A stretch of DNA of 64,000 nucleotides from Tubulanus polymorphus (Eukaryota; Animalia; Nemertea). The translations under genes and the position numbers were made by a program. Shown here in pieces: positions 1 through 15,000 of the stretch (the stretch's first letter is position 1; the number at the start of each line of letters is the position of its first letter). The notes beneath the pieces were generated by a model that was given only the letters and a program-made list of their open reading frames with translations, did not search any database and was not told where the DNA came from. The stretch is taken from the NCBI RefSeq assembly GCF_964204645.1, contig NC_134028.1, positions 23,184,345 to 23,248,344 on the forward strand, given 5' to 3'.

Positions 1-3000
1 AATCATCCAGCACATGAATGCGTACTGAACATGTACTGCCATTTACTTAGTGATAATAAAACAACGCTAGTTTTCAAGGTCTGTTTCCTAACATCGTAGC
101 TTCGTTTCTAAAAAAAACCTGATGATTTTGAGTCGTATGCTTCTGTTATCAAAAGGGTCAAGTCTTGGATCTTTTGTTTTTCTTCTCCGAGCTGCCAGAC
201 ATCGAAACAACTAAACTCAGGTAAAAAACGAACTTTCACCATCGATGAATGAATAATGTAGGGTTTTACGTGGTCTTGCGCTCATTCACATTCATTTCAG
301 ACAAAGTTTGGATTGTCTAGTTACCGATTGTTTTCCGTTGCGTAGTACAGAATTTGACGTTGGAAGTCCTAAACACGATGAATACGTAACAGCAATGAGA
401 AAGGTATCAATTAATACTAATCGTTTGTTACTGTTTCTGTATTATACTTAGCTGAACCAACTGTGATAACATCAGATTCTGGGTGAAGATGTTAGGCAGT
501 AGTCCTTGTCGCCCAGGGGCGGGCGCAGAAAAACCTTGTTAGACTAACCATGGTTAGTGGCTCATCCATTGTTATGCTAACCAGCTTGAAATAAGAGGCC
601 ACACGAAGACAATGGTTAGCGCTAACAGCATTTTCCTGCGCCAATTTATGCCTAACCAGTCTACTAACCACGGTTAGCACTAACAGGGTTTTCCTGCGCC
701 CGCCCGCTTATCAAATTCTTTTTGTTTGTCTGCAGCTTCTCTACGCGTTTAAATTGTCCGGTAGTTTGATGTTATTAGAACTACTGATCAGTGTCATGTG
801 TCGAGAACCGAAACACATCATGGAGGATGAAATTCAGTCTTCGTTGATCAAATTCATCACCAGGTTTAGTTTAATCGTCGGCTGCTATCGATCAACGATT
901 CCGTCGGTTTGTAAACCGTTTTAAAGCGTGTCATGTTTGTGTGTGTTCTAGGATGCCATTGGCTCGACAAGTCGCGGCCGTCGATGTACCGTATGACGTA
1001 TTCAAGATGGTGGATCGTTACCCGGACGATATTCGACGTGCCGCATTAGAACGCGTTTGTATTCCGCTTCTACGCCAGGTTCACGTCGGTGCCATTACGC
1101 AATTCTTTCAAGGTCAGATTAAAGACATCGGGCAGACGATCATGCGAGTTAAATTGAGCAAGGTATTGATTGCTTTGATAAGCTGCGATATCCAACTGCA
1201 GCTTTAAACAGGGTGACCACTTACCTGGCAATTGGGGAAAAATTTGGCAATTAACTTAAGAAATATCAGGAAATTTTGTAAAAAAGGTAAAAATCAGGGA
1301 ATAGTCTTGGAAATTTGTTGAGAAGATCGCTAGATCATGCGTAAACTCAAACAGTTTCCGTCTATGTCTTCTGACTGAAAATTGATTGAATACCGGTAGT
1401 CAGGGAAATGTCTGAGAAAAAGCAAGTCAAATAAAAGTGGCCACCCTAATCAGCTACGATATCCAACACTAGTAGCTTCAAATTGAACTTCAAATTCATC
1501 ACTTGATTTTTACAGAGCAGTGAATCGACTCTGAAATCTCAGTTGATATCGAAGATCTGCTGTTTTCAATTGGTCGAAATATTGTATTCACGTTTGACGA
1601 AAGATGGCGTTAATTCGGCGAATTCAGTCGTCAATCAAGCGTACTGTGGACAGACGAACGTAGCCGGAAATGAACTCACTAAAGATTTGACGAAGTAAGC
1701 GATATTCAAGCCCCGCTTAATCTTTTGCGGGTTTAAACAGTTTGATTAATCAAATATTTCTTTCTTGAACAGGGCGTCGTTAGAGTCTCGTAGGGAAGAT
1801 ATAAGAGATGAATCTATGTTACTGGAATTACGCCGCCAGTTTCACTGCGCGGCGCATAACGCTCTCATCGCTATTGTTTCTTGTACCCAGACGAACGAAA
1901 AATTCTTCAACGCGTTTCTCTTCACGGAGAATCTGGCGAAGGTAATGAATTATGAATCGGGCCAGGGTTTCTTAGATGTGGAAGCAAAATAATCCCTGGG
2001 AACGTTTTGAATGAAATTTGTCAGTTATTACCATGGTTTCTCATTGTTACTACGGTATTTGTCCCCCAGATAAAGGATTTACTCCTGGGGGTAACTTTGA
2101 TACCTAGTCTTCAAAACCGGACCCAAGTCATTTGTGTGTAATTCAGTATATAGTTGTGACTGAATTTCGTATCTTTGCTTTTAGGGTGAATTTCTTCTGG
2201 ACAATTTGGTCGACAAACAAAAGACCTATGTTTTTGAAACGGAGTTAAATGTGAGTTAATTGCGTAGATGGATTCAGGAGTAAAAATGTACTGAATATTC
2301 GAAACCTGTGTTAATTGTGTTTTTTTATCAGGCGCCTCTAGCGCGTAAGAAGAAATTTGTGTCGATTCGTCAAGAAGCACGTGAGAATAGGGCAGAAACT
2401 GATGAAGATTCAGTCAGTTCTATTCATTACATGGCATCTCAATATCTGGCTGATAGTAGTCTTAGCGAGGAAGTCAGTCAGTTCGATCGACTTTCTAGTA
2501 TGCAGGTACAGTTTAGTGTCAACTTCCAGTTCTGGTTGATCAATTATGTATCTGTTACTAACTCAGTTTCATTAAAATATCTCCTTTTAGATATCGGCAG
2601 TTTTTGATGATATTAATTGATTTTTTTAGTCGGTGTCAGAAGCGGATGTGTCCAGCAGACGGAAGGCATTGCAACAAAGAGAATCCAATCAAGTGAGTGC
2701 TAGAACGGGGTTCAGGGACACACAGTCATGACCTCCAAGAAGTCCAAAAGTGGTCTTAAATCTTAAGACTGGTTGTTGGATTGGCTATAGAACTAAGTAA
2801 TCTTAAGCCGGTCTTAATTCGTAAGCCGAGACTTTGCAACAGGCCCCAGGTTATTTTGTTTTGCACATTATTTCGCAGGATGATCTACTCACGATTACTG
2901 ATTACGTGGAAATGGAAATGGATGAATTGAATGCGCATGAATGCATGGCAACTTTATCAGCAGTAATTCAACACCTACATCGTTTATCCCCGATCGCAAA

Positions 3001-6000
3001 GGTAAACTGAATAATATAGGCTAAGATAAAATGATACCTTGTTTCTCCTGATTGGCCGGGTCATTTTGTAAACTGCAATAGAATTAGTTATCAGTTCATT
3101 TCTATAGCTGCCGGGTCCGTTTAGGTTAGCTTGATCATGATTTAAAAAAAGTGATGTACCAGTTAGATAAGCCGCCGGCCGGGTGGACTTTTTAGTGCAG
3201 CAGAAATGAGAAACAAGGTATCAATAGAACGATAACCACACTCAAACGTGGTGAACGGATAATAAGATAAAAACCCACTATCTACAGATTAAAAGAATTT
3301 AAAAGCAAGAATTTGTTTATTCAATCTAAAATATATAGAATACACGACGTTTCGATCTCACCCTAGAGATCATCGTCAGGTATCAAGTGAAGAGTTGTTC
3401 CAGAAACAAATTTCTCATGAACAAGTGTAGAATTTTGAAGAGAAACTATTATAACGATGGATATTTTAGGGTGAAGCCGTTAGTTCGTTGCCGCCGTGGA
3501 TGAATTATCTCAAATCGAAACTCACGAATTCGACGACGCATTTGAATATCAAACTATTCATCACTCGTTTGATGGTCAACTGTGAACAGGTATAAAGAAC
3601 CATCGAATAGAACAATTTGTTGAAAATATGTCGGCAAGATTTAGGATGTTACATGTACTTTTTTAAACAGGTGTTTCGGCCTTATGCGAAGTATTGGTTG
3701 GGTCCTCTCGTTCAGTTTATCGTCTGCGGTGATAACGGAGGTGAGGGAATTCACTATTTCATCGTTGATCTCGTCGTTATGATGCTGTCTTGGGTGACTG
3801 TGGCAATACCGGAGGTACGTGTTATTTCGCTGTTTAACAAAATGTAGCTTTTATGGACTCATTTTTGATGAGGTAATTTAAACGACTTTCATTTCAAACA
3901 GGATACGATTACCGATCGAGCAATGGCCACCTCGTTAGTCGAGTTCCTGATGCGTAATTGTCACCATCCGACGTTAGCCATCTTGAAAAACAACCTCGAA
4001 ATGCTGAAAACGTTGGTCGAATGCTGGAAATCTAGAATCGATATTCCTGTCAAGTAAGCTCTGACTGTCGCCTGAATTTCATTCATATATTAGCGCAATT
4101 CATTGAACGCGCTTTGAGTCTATGATTGAATTGTTTTAATTCAATACTCGGTATTTCAGGGTCATATTCGACAACTTCAGCGCGCCGGAACCTAAAAACA
4201 AATCCAACGCAACAGGTATTCAAATTCTCGGTGTTGTTTTAGCGAACAAACTGCCTCCGTATCAACAAACATCAACCATCGACAGAGACAGGTAGGTGAA
4301 GTGAAAACAGTGAAACTGTCAAAGTAGTCCAGAAGTTAGGTCAAGTTAGATTTACAGAATTACACAACTGCTTTCAATCTATATAAACCTAGTGGATGTT
4401 CTAGATCTGCAAATCAAGTTATTCTGTCTCATGTACAATTCAATACATTGTTCTATGCTTTGCCTCAGTTGCTGAATTTTGCTGTGAAAACTTACCTTTT
4501 TGGTCCGAAATCTTGTTGAAATATAGATTCACATAATGTATTCTATGTAAACTGCTTTTGATACGAAGTGGAGAGTGGTTTATGTGGTATAAACGTTATC
4601 GTTATAATTGGCTGCCTTTCTTTGTAGGTATTTCTTCACTTTGGCGCAAAATATGATGAAAGATTACAAGTTGGTTTATGCAGCAGCCGCGGAAGTGGTC
4701 GGGATGGTTCTGCGTTATATGCAGGATGAAGAACAGTGCACTGAGAGTGATTTTCACGACCATGTCTATAAAGTATTGGGTACTTTACAGGGTGGTAAAC
4801 TGGATGTGTTCATCACGTGCATTCACAAAATTCAGCTTCAGTTTCCGGCCATCATAGACAGGTATCGAATTGTTCTAAATTTTCGCGTATGGTCGGAATT
4901 CTCGTGAATTTCTGAATGGTATCGAAGGTGATTTCGTTGTAGATTCGTGAACCAGTTGTTGTTCGTGCTTCCGAATCTTCACGGACAATTCAAATTACTG
5001 TGTTTGGAAATAATCCTGGCGCGAACTGAATTCATCGACGACATATTCATGGAAATGCGAAATAAAGGCATCGTTGACCTCCTGAACCATCGGTAAGCGT
5101 GATATTTTACAAACTAATATATAGTTAGATAAAAAAATTTCTTATTGGATTACAGATGAAGGGAGGTTTAATTTTCAATGCAATTTTTGCTATATGAGAG
5201 AAATCCCAAAATAATTCAGCCAAAAGATGTAAAGTTCTATGATATGTAAGGTGAACAGTTTTTGACTGCATTATTGTGGGATATTTATCTTACACTGATG
5301 TGTATCTTCTCCACTATGCAATTCTTTCTGCAATATGTGTTTCAATTCTTGCTCATATTGCTTATAGTGATGAAGGCATTCAGCATGTTTCGTTGAAAAT
5401 TGTACAAGCAATGCTGAAAAAACTTCCAGCTGCTGACCTTCTGTTCTTGTTGCCGTGTGTGACCGGTTTCTCTCGGAATCCGAGTCAATTGTGCCGTGCA
5501 ACAATGTACGAAATACTCATTTGGATCTATGACAATTACAGGTAAGATTGAAGAGTATCATTTATACAAAAAAGAAAAGATATTTCTTGCAATTTCTTCG
5601 ATCTTGTATCATCGTACATTGCAGAGAGGATGAAAGTGATTCCGCCGCAGACGTTATGAGTCAAGTGAAAGAATGTTTGCTTCATGGTTTATCAGATGAT
5701 GACCTTCACAATAAGTAAGCTGTCTGAAAATAGATTTTAGAATAGTTGTACATTGTAATTGTGTTTAATGTACATTGCGATGGGGTTTAATGCGTCGAAA
5801 TGTCCCTTTATTTCAGGCTACTTGTTCAGAATTTCTGGAGCCACGAAACGCGTCTGCCGACCTCGACCTTCGACCGGATGGTCGCTATGTTAGAAGCGAT
5901 GCATTCACCGGCGACCGAAAGTCAATATTTGAGTTACGCGACGAATCTTCTGCTGGAAATGACGTCGAAGAGTCCCGATTACAATCGAGAAATTTTCGAA

Positions 6001-9000
6001 CATCCCCTCTCTGAATGTCGATTTGAAGTACGGTTCAGGTATTTCACATTTCGGTCTTTCATTCGTGCCGCATCAGTATTTCAAATGGTACGTTTCCGTT
6101 ACAGGATTATAACGTACATTCTTCGTGGAGACAGCGTCACGCTACTATGACACCTCTGTTCGTAGAAACACAAGCATCCCAGCCGGGCAGTAGTCAAAGC
6201 AGTTTAGATGACTCTATGGCTGAAGGAGGAGTACGTGCGACCCAAGATGTCAACCAATTCACACAGACACAAGCTGGTAATTTGATAAATGCATCCCGCA
6301 TGTATCTGTTGTCTGATGAATATCCTACTTTTACCACTGAAACAACTTTTACAGTAAAACCTCATTACAGTGACCAGTAATTGTAATTGAATGTGAACTA
6401 GATAATTTTGGTTGGTTCTGAAAAAAAAGTGTTCATTATTGGAGGCGTTCACTTTAGAAAGGTGTTCACTAAGGGAGGTTTACTGTATTTTGTTTGAACT
6501 AATTTCAGCTGGCTCGAAAGCGCCGTATAATTGGTTAACGCAGAGCAGTCTGGACACATTCGCTGATCAGTCGTTATTCGCTGGAACGCAGCAGACGACA
6601 GAAACGCAATCGGCATTAATGTTTCGCGTTGGAAAACCACCTAAAACACAGCAATCGAGGAAATATATGAAGCCAATTAGACCGAGTTTTGGCCGTATAC
6701 AGGATCAGAATGGGCAAAATAAAGATGGTTCCGGTAGGTGATTGAACGTGGAGGAGGCTTATAGTTCAAAACCAAAAGCATGATTTGAGGAAATTCTGAA
6801 TCCTCGAACCTAAGCGCTCCATTCATTTTCTCAGGTTTACATTGTTCTGTGTTCCTGAAAGTTGCCGAATTATCTCTGGATGTTTTGAAATCGTTTTTGC
6901 AGGAGATGCCGGGGATGACGTAGAATTGTTGCGGCTAAGACGCAGATTTCTCAAAAACAAAGCTTCAGAGCAGAACTACTTCGCGCGGAAACAAGCTCGC
7001 CTGAAAGAGACGCGAGAGGTCAGTGATTCATATTCGGTGCCGGTTTTATTTCTGACTCGAGACGTGAGATTAATTCGCGCGAGTTTCTTTTTGTAGAAAA
7101 TGATTCGGGAACGAAAGGTTCGTCGCGAAAACCAAGTAACGATGTATCGGAAGTATCGTATCGGGGATCTACCAGACGTTCAAATCAAACATTCATACAT
7201 TATCGCACCTCTTCAGGCATTAGCTCAGGTAATGTTTACACTTCCGGAACCGAGTTTAATGGTTCGGAGTTCAGATTTCACCCAGAGTTAAATCATTGAA
7301 AATTAAGTAATTTCAACTACGAGTTAACTCTTGAGTTAAGTTATAAACGAACGAACAAGGTCCTTTCTGATTGAATTGGAAACATGTCAAGCTGAACTAG
7401 ACACAAGGACCTTAATCTTAATTCACGAACATGGAGCTTGATCCTGATGAGCGAAATTTATGGCTAGAAATTTCAGAATTTTAGATAAGATATAATTAAT
7501 TACTCACTGACAAGTTTATTCGTGAAGAATATTCGTGAGAATTCGTGAAGAAGATGATTATTATCATCAGTACTCGTTCAATCATCGGAAAACCTCGTCG
7601 AATCTTTGCAGAAAGATGGTGTTTTAGCTAAGATATTATTCAGCGCGATATTCAAGGGAATCTTCGCCGAGATAGAGAACGTGAAAACGGAACGAGAAGC
7701 TGCTGAAACCGTGGAGTGTATTAATAAGTATCTGAACGACATGCTCGCCAACTCTACTCAGTATTCTCCGCATTTCATCGGCTGTATACAAGACATCGTT
7801 TATTCGTTACCTCGAAAACTGAAACTCGATCTGATGATTGTGGAAACGGCGTCTGTCGCTAGCATGCAGCAACCTCTCGGTATGTTTGAAAGCGATATTA
7901 AATATTGCTTAATTCAGTAGTCTCGAACAGGGTGAGAACAATCCCACAATTTATGGTATCTAAAGTTTATTAATCTGGCATTTTCGAGATTTATCTACCG
8001 TGAATCCATTCTTCAGAGAAGCAGTAATCAAATATAGTTAAGATATGTGATAGAATATGGATAAAGATGTATTTGAGAATCCCACACTAATATAACAAAA
8101 AGGATGAAGTCCGAAATATTTCCTTTGAGCTAATGATTTATTGGTTCAATTTATTGGTTCGATTGTTCGACTAAAAACTCAGGTCAAAATGTTGAATCAA
8201 TAGATGATTAGCATAAGGGAAAGTTTCCGGACTTCATCTTTCTCATTTTATGAGTGTGGGATCCGTCACAACACGGATATTGTGTTTCCTCAATTGTTCA
8301 TTTTTATTTACACGGAGATAACATCTGTCACGGTGAATATATTTCGTTTCCGCAGGAATTCTACTGCTTGAAGAACAGATATTAGTCGGCGAAGATAATG
8401 AACCGTCTGCTCCTAAAAGTCGTAAATTAACCAGTAAAACTATATCACGAGAAACATCAGTTTGGATTGAGCTAGCCAGGTAGTATCATAGAAAAAAACT
8501 CAGAAAAACTTACAATTAATCATCAGTTAGTTTTTAACAGCTTGAAGGTGTTACGTTTTGAATGAATAACTGGCTTCATATTCAGATTATATAAATCATT
8601 AGACGACTACGATGCACTGCGCGGTATATTTGGAGGATTAATCGACACTAAACAGATTACTCATGACGCTCTGACCGCTGAAGCTAAAGGAGACTTTCTT
8701 CTCGCTAGCTCCCTATATGAAGAGGTAAGATCCTATCGAAATCTTTATTGGTACAAACTGAGTCTGTTGAATTAGATGTTGCACGCTCATGGCTTAGATT
8801 TAGACCAGTCTAAGACCATCTTAGTTCATAACCAAACTAACAACTTAAGAATAGTCTAAATATTTAAAACCACTCTTGGACTAGAGTTACAACTGTGGTA
8901 CTGGGCCCTAATTTGTTACATGCTGGTTTTAGGCGATGAAATGTACCGCTTGGTCTGATGGTGAGCCATCCGTATTTGAGGTCGATTTTTGGGATGAAAG

Positions 9001-12000
9001 TCGTTTGGAGGTATGGAGTGTATTTTGAGCGATTGGTCATATTCACATTCAGCAGATGATAACGTGGAATATATGTGTTAATTTTCAGTGCCTCAATAAT
9101 TTGACGAAATGGACGAAAATAGAATATTTGTCGGTGAGCGCCGTCAATGAAGCTGATCCGAGTCTCCCTTCCAGTTTGAACAATATCTGGGAGGATCCAT
9201 CTCTTCAGGTTCTGTATACAAAATCTCTTTTCTTTTGTCATATGTGTCACTGATCGCACACTGAAAATAACTAAATCAACTTGATTCAAATCCAGGAAAA
9301 CTATCTGCCATATATAATGCGTGCTAAACAGAAACTATTGTTGAAAGGTGTCGATCAGGGAGGTTTACTGTCGTTCATCGATGATTCAATGAAAACAACT
9401 GAACGTAAAGCTATACTCGAGGTGAATTCTCAACTCAGCAATTACCGCTTTTAAACATTTTATGGTAAATAACTTTTATATGAGCGATGTTACCTGTATC
9501 GTATAGGCCCAGTACTCCGAGGAATTAGCATTGATCTACATGTGGCAAGGTGATCTGGATCGAGCTAAATACTACACTGACAATGCAGTTAAAGTGCTGT
9601 TACAGGTAATGTCTCTTGTGACACACTCGTATTATAGCTCAAAAGATTAGTTTTGTTCGGAACTCGAAGTGAAACCTTTGTTTACCTTCAGGAATGGAGT
9701 AACATCGATCAGTTGATGTTGATGAGCAGAACGAAGAAACTTCAAGGTGTTCAGCAACTGATCGAATTAGAGGAATTTCTAGAACTTGCCACCAATGAAT
9801 GTAAGCGTAAAACCCGATCTATTCTTAAACTTACTAATTCAGGTTGGATGTATTGAAGACGTCTTTCGTATTCATGTATTTCAGCCGATAGAATATCCGT
9901 TGATAAAGGTCGTAATCTCGTCGAAAAATGGTTACCTCGTAAACCAGATGAAAGCAGTCCTTCCGGGATATGGGAAGACATAACAACAAATAGGTCTGAT
10001 GTTTCGCTTACTTGATAATCTATTTTTGTAATGTACAAATTTTCTACTAGGGTTCTGCATTGGTTTTTCTAGGTTCTTCTATTGTGAACAGTTACGCGAG
10101 ATTCATAGTTCAGCTCCGTCGTTGAACTGGCGAAAGGCGCAGGTTTTAATGAGCCTGTCGCAGGTTCACCACGCGCAACTTACCCGCAATTTCTCCGTTG
10201 GAAGAAAGATTTTGAAATTGATCCAAGAGGTCAGACAAGTTTTATATTGCCGATATGCTTATATTGTATTTGCTAATGCATATTTTCTGATCTGTTACTA
10301 CTATTTGAGAGCAGTTACTATTTTAAGAGCTTAATTACTACCAGAATAAGCAAAATACTCTCAAAATCATAATGATTTCTTGTTCATTTTCAATTAAACT
10401 ACTGTTTTTGGTGTCAAATTGTGGTGAATACTGCTACAAAGGTCTGAATTTAATAATCAATGAAAACTTGTATATTTTCAGCAATCATACAGATGTGGCT
10501 TGAAAGTAGTTTGGCTTCATAGCAGTGCTGATTTATACACGAAGATAGCTATTGCGAAACAGACTTCACCTTTGAATGAAAAACTAGGAGGGCCTCTACA
10601 ATTCTACCAGCAATTAGGTAACAGCAAGATATGATGGATAGTAAAAAAGGCATTGATTATTTGTTCAAGTTAGGATGTTAACCGATGATTTAAATATTTC
10701 AGTGAAGTGTGAAGAAGAAGAACTTTTAGAATCGAATCTCTGTCGACGGAATAATCATGCGTTGATCGGTGAAATAATCAGTTTAGTAACTCGTGAATAT
10801 GTCGCGTCCGATGAAAGTTTACAACTCGATGATCAAATAGCGAAAAACATTATGCATATTTCAAACTGTACAACGACATTGGACAAGAATAAGGTATTTA
10901 GCCGACTATCGATGACATCATATTCTTGTGTGTATTGTTTCAATATAGTACAGGTTGGAGCCACTGACCTGGAAAACTTAGGGAATCAGGCAAAAATCTG
11001 GCAATTTGACAAATTTGACCAAAAACCTGGAAAAATTTGGGAATTCGGATAATGTTATTGACCGTGTGTTTCTGATAAGTGATTCAATGGAAAATGAATG
11101 GATTGTAACATTTTAAACCTAGAAATTTCTCTGATTAACTCAGGGGGTTTAATGTACCCGGTAATCACATGGAAAAATCATGGAAACTCAGGGTATATTT
11201 AATCGGAAAGTGGCCACCCGCCTTGTATTATAATGTTTTTACTAATGATGTGAATGAATATTTAGATTGTAGCTGGTTTAATTGAGAAAGCATCTGATCA
11301 TTATTCAAAAGCTTGTCAACAAGCAGACGAAGCAGTAGCAGATGATTATTCCAATATCAACAAGGCGCACATGGGCTTTGTGAAATTTATTGATTGGTAT
11401 CTGCGTATTAACGATGATGATAACGATGATGAAGGTAGAGTATCCTGCTAGGATATTCCTGAAAATTTCTTTGGCTCAGTTCAGCTCTTATCGTCTTCCT
11501 TTACAGATGGAATCTCGAAACCGCTGAATGAGGATCAATCGCGGAATCTGGCCGAGAATATGGTCGTTTCTTTGTTGTCTGCGATGAAGCATAATTCACA
11601 AGAAGCGCGTCAATACTTTCCCCGTCTGCTACAAATAATCGCCGAATTTCCGCAATTGATCGAGTTGTTCATCGAAAAGGTAAGTGAACAACCGATAGTC
11701 GGCCAGATACTCGTGCGAACGATAGATTTAACTGTTTGTTTTTATGTTGGCAGTCTAAGAGCGTTCCACGTTGGATGTTTATTTCATGGATCAGTCAAAT
11801 GGTCGCGTTACTGGATAAGAAGGAATCTTTAGCCGTTCACGACATATTGTTGACGGTATGCGAGGAATATCCTCAAGCTGTCATTTATCCTTTCAAGATT
11901 TGTAGCGAGAATTTCACATTCGAAGGCCATGAAAATGATAAAATGAGCCAAGCAACTATTAAAAAGTAAGATTTCTGATTGATCCAACTAGAGAAGGTGG

Positions 12001-15000
12001 AGGTTCTCTCCCACCTGCCATTTCCCACTGTCTCTGATAGGGTGACCAATGACCTGGAAACCCTAGAAAACACAGGAATCAGAAAAATTGAGAAAATATC
12101 AGGGAATTCGATGAATTTTACCAGAAACCTGGAAAACTCGGATAAATTTGGATAATGTTATTGTGGGGCGTATATTTCTTTATCAGTACGTGATTCAATG
12201 AAAAATGAATGATTCGTAACATTCAAATCAGGTAAAATTCAGGAAATTTGTAAATGGCCAAAAAGTGCTAATTCTGTCTAAGGCTGAAATACTATGAATT
12301 TTTCATCATCATTTGTTTTTCAGGTTGGAAGCAATGTTAGGTCAGGTTCCTCATGTAAATACTTTCATAAGTGCTTTAGAACAGTTTGGACAACCTGAAG
12401 CGCTGTTCAAGGTATTGTTGAAGAGTGTTTACTTAGAATGTACCCGGTATCTTGTTTTCTTCAGTTTTGACGAATAGCTCTGTTTTAAAAATAGGATTGG
12501 ATCGACGAAATGATGAAACTGATGAGAGACCCGAGTTCAAAGAAGACGACCGGACGGCAGAAGATAATCGATGAATTCCGTGCAATGTACGGTCAACTGA
12601 TGGATTATAAACAGTCGTTGAGTACAGAGAGCAGTAGCCAATCACTGTACAGCAGTCAGTCTAACTACGTCGAGACTATGGGTCCATATCGCAAACGATT
12701 TGGTGCCAAATACGCTGAGGATATCGATAAACTATTTGGCAAGGATGGTTCGAAGTTGATGCAGTTATCACCTCAGGTAAATAAGATTCTGGATTGAGCT
12801 CGGGACAAATTATACCCCTGTTAATTTCGACTCTTAAGATAAATCATTGGAAAACTACCAATTACGTCTTGAAGTCAAACTTAACCTAGATTTGTGAAAC
12901 TGGAGCCTGAGTTTTACTGTAAATGTGTAACCGGTATATGTTTTGTATCGTAGGCTTTTCAAAAGAACATTTCTTCATTGTTCGCGTCAATGCGAGATGA
13001 ACGTACTCTGAAGCCTCCCAGCACGCTGAAAGAATATTCACCGTGGATGGCCGAGTTTAAGGCTACGAATCTCGACAAAGATTTAGAAATTCCGGGTAAA
13101 ATATTGTGTCAATTTTAACCCCTTTACAAGAAGTTTTTGAAAATTCAAACAACTAGTAACTAGGATAATTATTCTAGAGAATGGGAAAGGTCTGCTGAAC
13201 TGAGACTAGATTAACAATGGGGGATGACTAGCATGAATGACTAGCAACTAATTGGTTTTACCTTTCGTTCCCTGGACAGGTCAATATGACGGCCGTTCAA
13301 AACCACTACCAGAATATCACACAAAAATATCCGGATTTGATTCAGAGGTTAGTGATGAAATTCCAGAAATAGTAAACCCTCCTGTTGTTTCATTTTGAAA
13401 TGAGTTACCAACACCTTTCATTCGATGTATCGTTATACAGGTATTGGTGATGTCGTCTTTGAGGAAACCGAAGAGAATTCAAATCCGCGGTAATGATGAG
13501 AAGGATTATCGGTTCCTGGTGAAAGGCGGGGAGGATCTGCGACAGGATCAACGAATCGAACAACTGTTCGAGATCATGAATGAAATATACAGTCGCGATT
13601 GGTTGTGTAGCAAACGTAAACTACAACTGAAAACGTATCAAGTTATACCGATGACTGCCAGGTATAACGCCTTGATATTCTGAAAATTTCATCAAGTTGA
13701 AAAAGTGCGGTAAATCATCGAAAAGATGTTCTTCTTGCAGAGTCGGTTTAATCGAGTGGGTGAAGAACACAAAGCCTCTGTTCGATTTCCTCCAAGGCGC
13801 GATGACTGAACAGGAAAAGAAATTCTACAAGAGTGGGTCAGTATTCAATTCTCACCACCTAGAAATTCTACACTTCATTGAATTGATGAGAAAATCTTTA
13901 ACCAAAAAGACATCAATTGAATCTTTTTTATCGTGTAGCAATCAATTGATATTTTACAGGCAAGGTCCGAGTACTTGTTATGTTAACTGGATCTCGCGTT
14001 TCGCTGGACCTAAAGCTTCGCAGAAAGACGCATACGAGGCCATGTACTACAAGGCGAACAAGAAGGAAACCGTGCGCAACTTTGAAGAACAGGCAAATAA
14101 AGTTCCGTGGGATTTACTGAGGTTAGTGTCGGAGGGTAGACATCGTGTTAATCTATACTGAAACGTGAGCCTGCGAATTTCTGCTGATAAATTTTCAGAC
14201 GAGGATTCCGCAGAATGAGTTCGTCGCCGGAAGCATTCTTCACGTTGCGATCGCACTTCATCACGTCTCACGCGATGATCTGCGTCAGTCAGTACATCCT
14301 CGGCATCGGAGATCGTCATTTATCGAACTATATGATTGATGAAGCGACCGGTGGAATGGTTGGTATCGATTTTGGACATGCTTTTGGAACTGCAACTCAG
14401 GTTTGTACATAGAAGCAGTTAGTAGGGAAAAAAAAACGAGAATTACGAGCAGTACGTTTCTGGCAGAATAACTTCTATAGGGTGGTCACATAGCTGAAGA
14501 TCAGGGTGAAGTTATTGCTAGATTGCGAGTAAAAACAAACAGTCTCTGTCTATGTTTTACATATTTGACTGTGTTATTTAAGTGGATTCTTAGCAGATCA
14601 AGTAGGGGAAAACAATGTACATGTCAGGGGAAAATACAGTGAAAAAGCAAGTCAAATAAAAGTGGCCACCGTCATCTTTTATTCATTTCAATGAATGTTT
14701 TACATACCCTGGTAGTTCTATTGTTTGAAATATCTTGATTATATGCTATTACAGTGTACCAGTACCACACAATCAACAAGAGCTAAAAGTTTTGTCATAT
14801 CTTCTAGTGACAAAATCATACGCGAGCTAGTAGTCTTTGAGTAGATTATTTCTTCTCTTTGCTGTTACTAGAGCTCGGTGAGGATTCAGCATTTACTGCT
14901 CATTCATTTTCGATATTTCGGTTTTGATAGTTTCTGGAAATTCCCGAATTGATGCCGTTTCGACTGACGCGTCAAATTCTGAATCTGATGCTACCGATGA

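Noticed and set aside
7441-7462. CTGATGAGCGAAA hammerhead-like core
   Set aside because: Only 2 nt lie between the core boxes, so there is no stem II, and stem I is unconvincing
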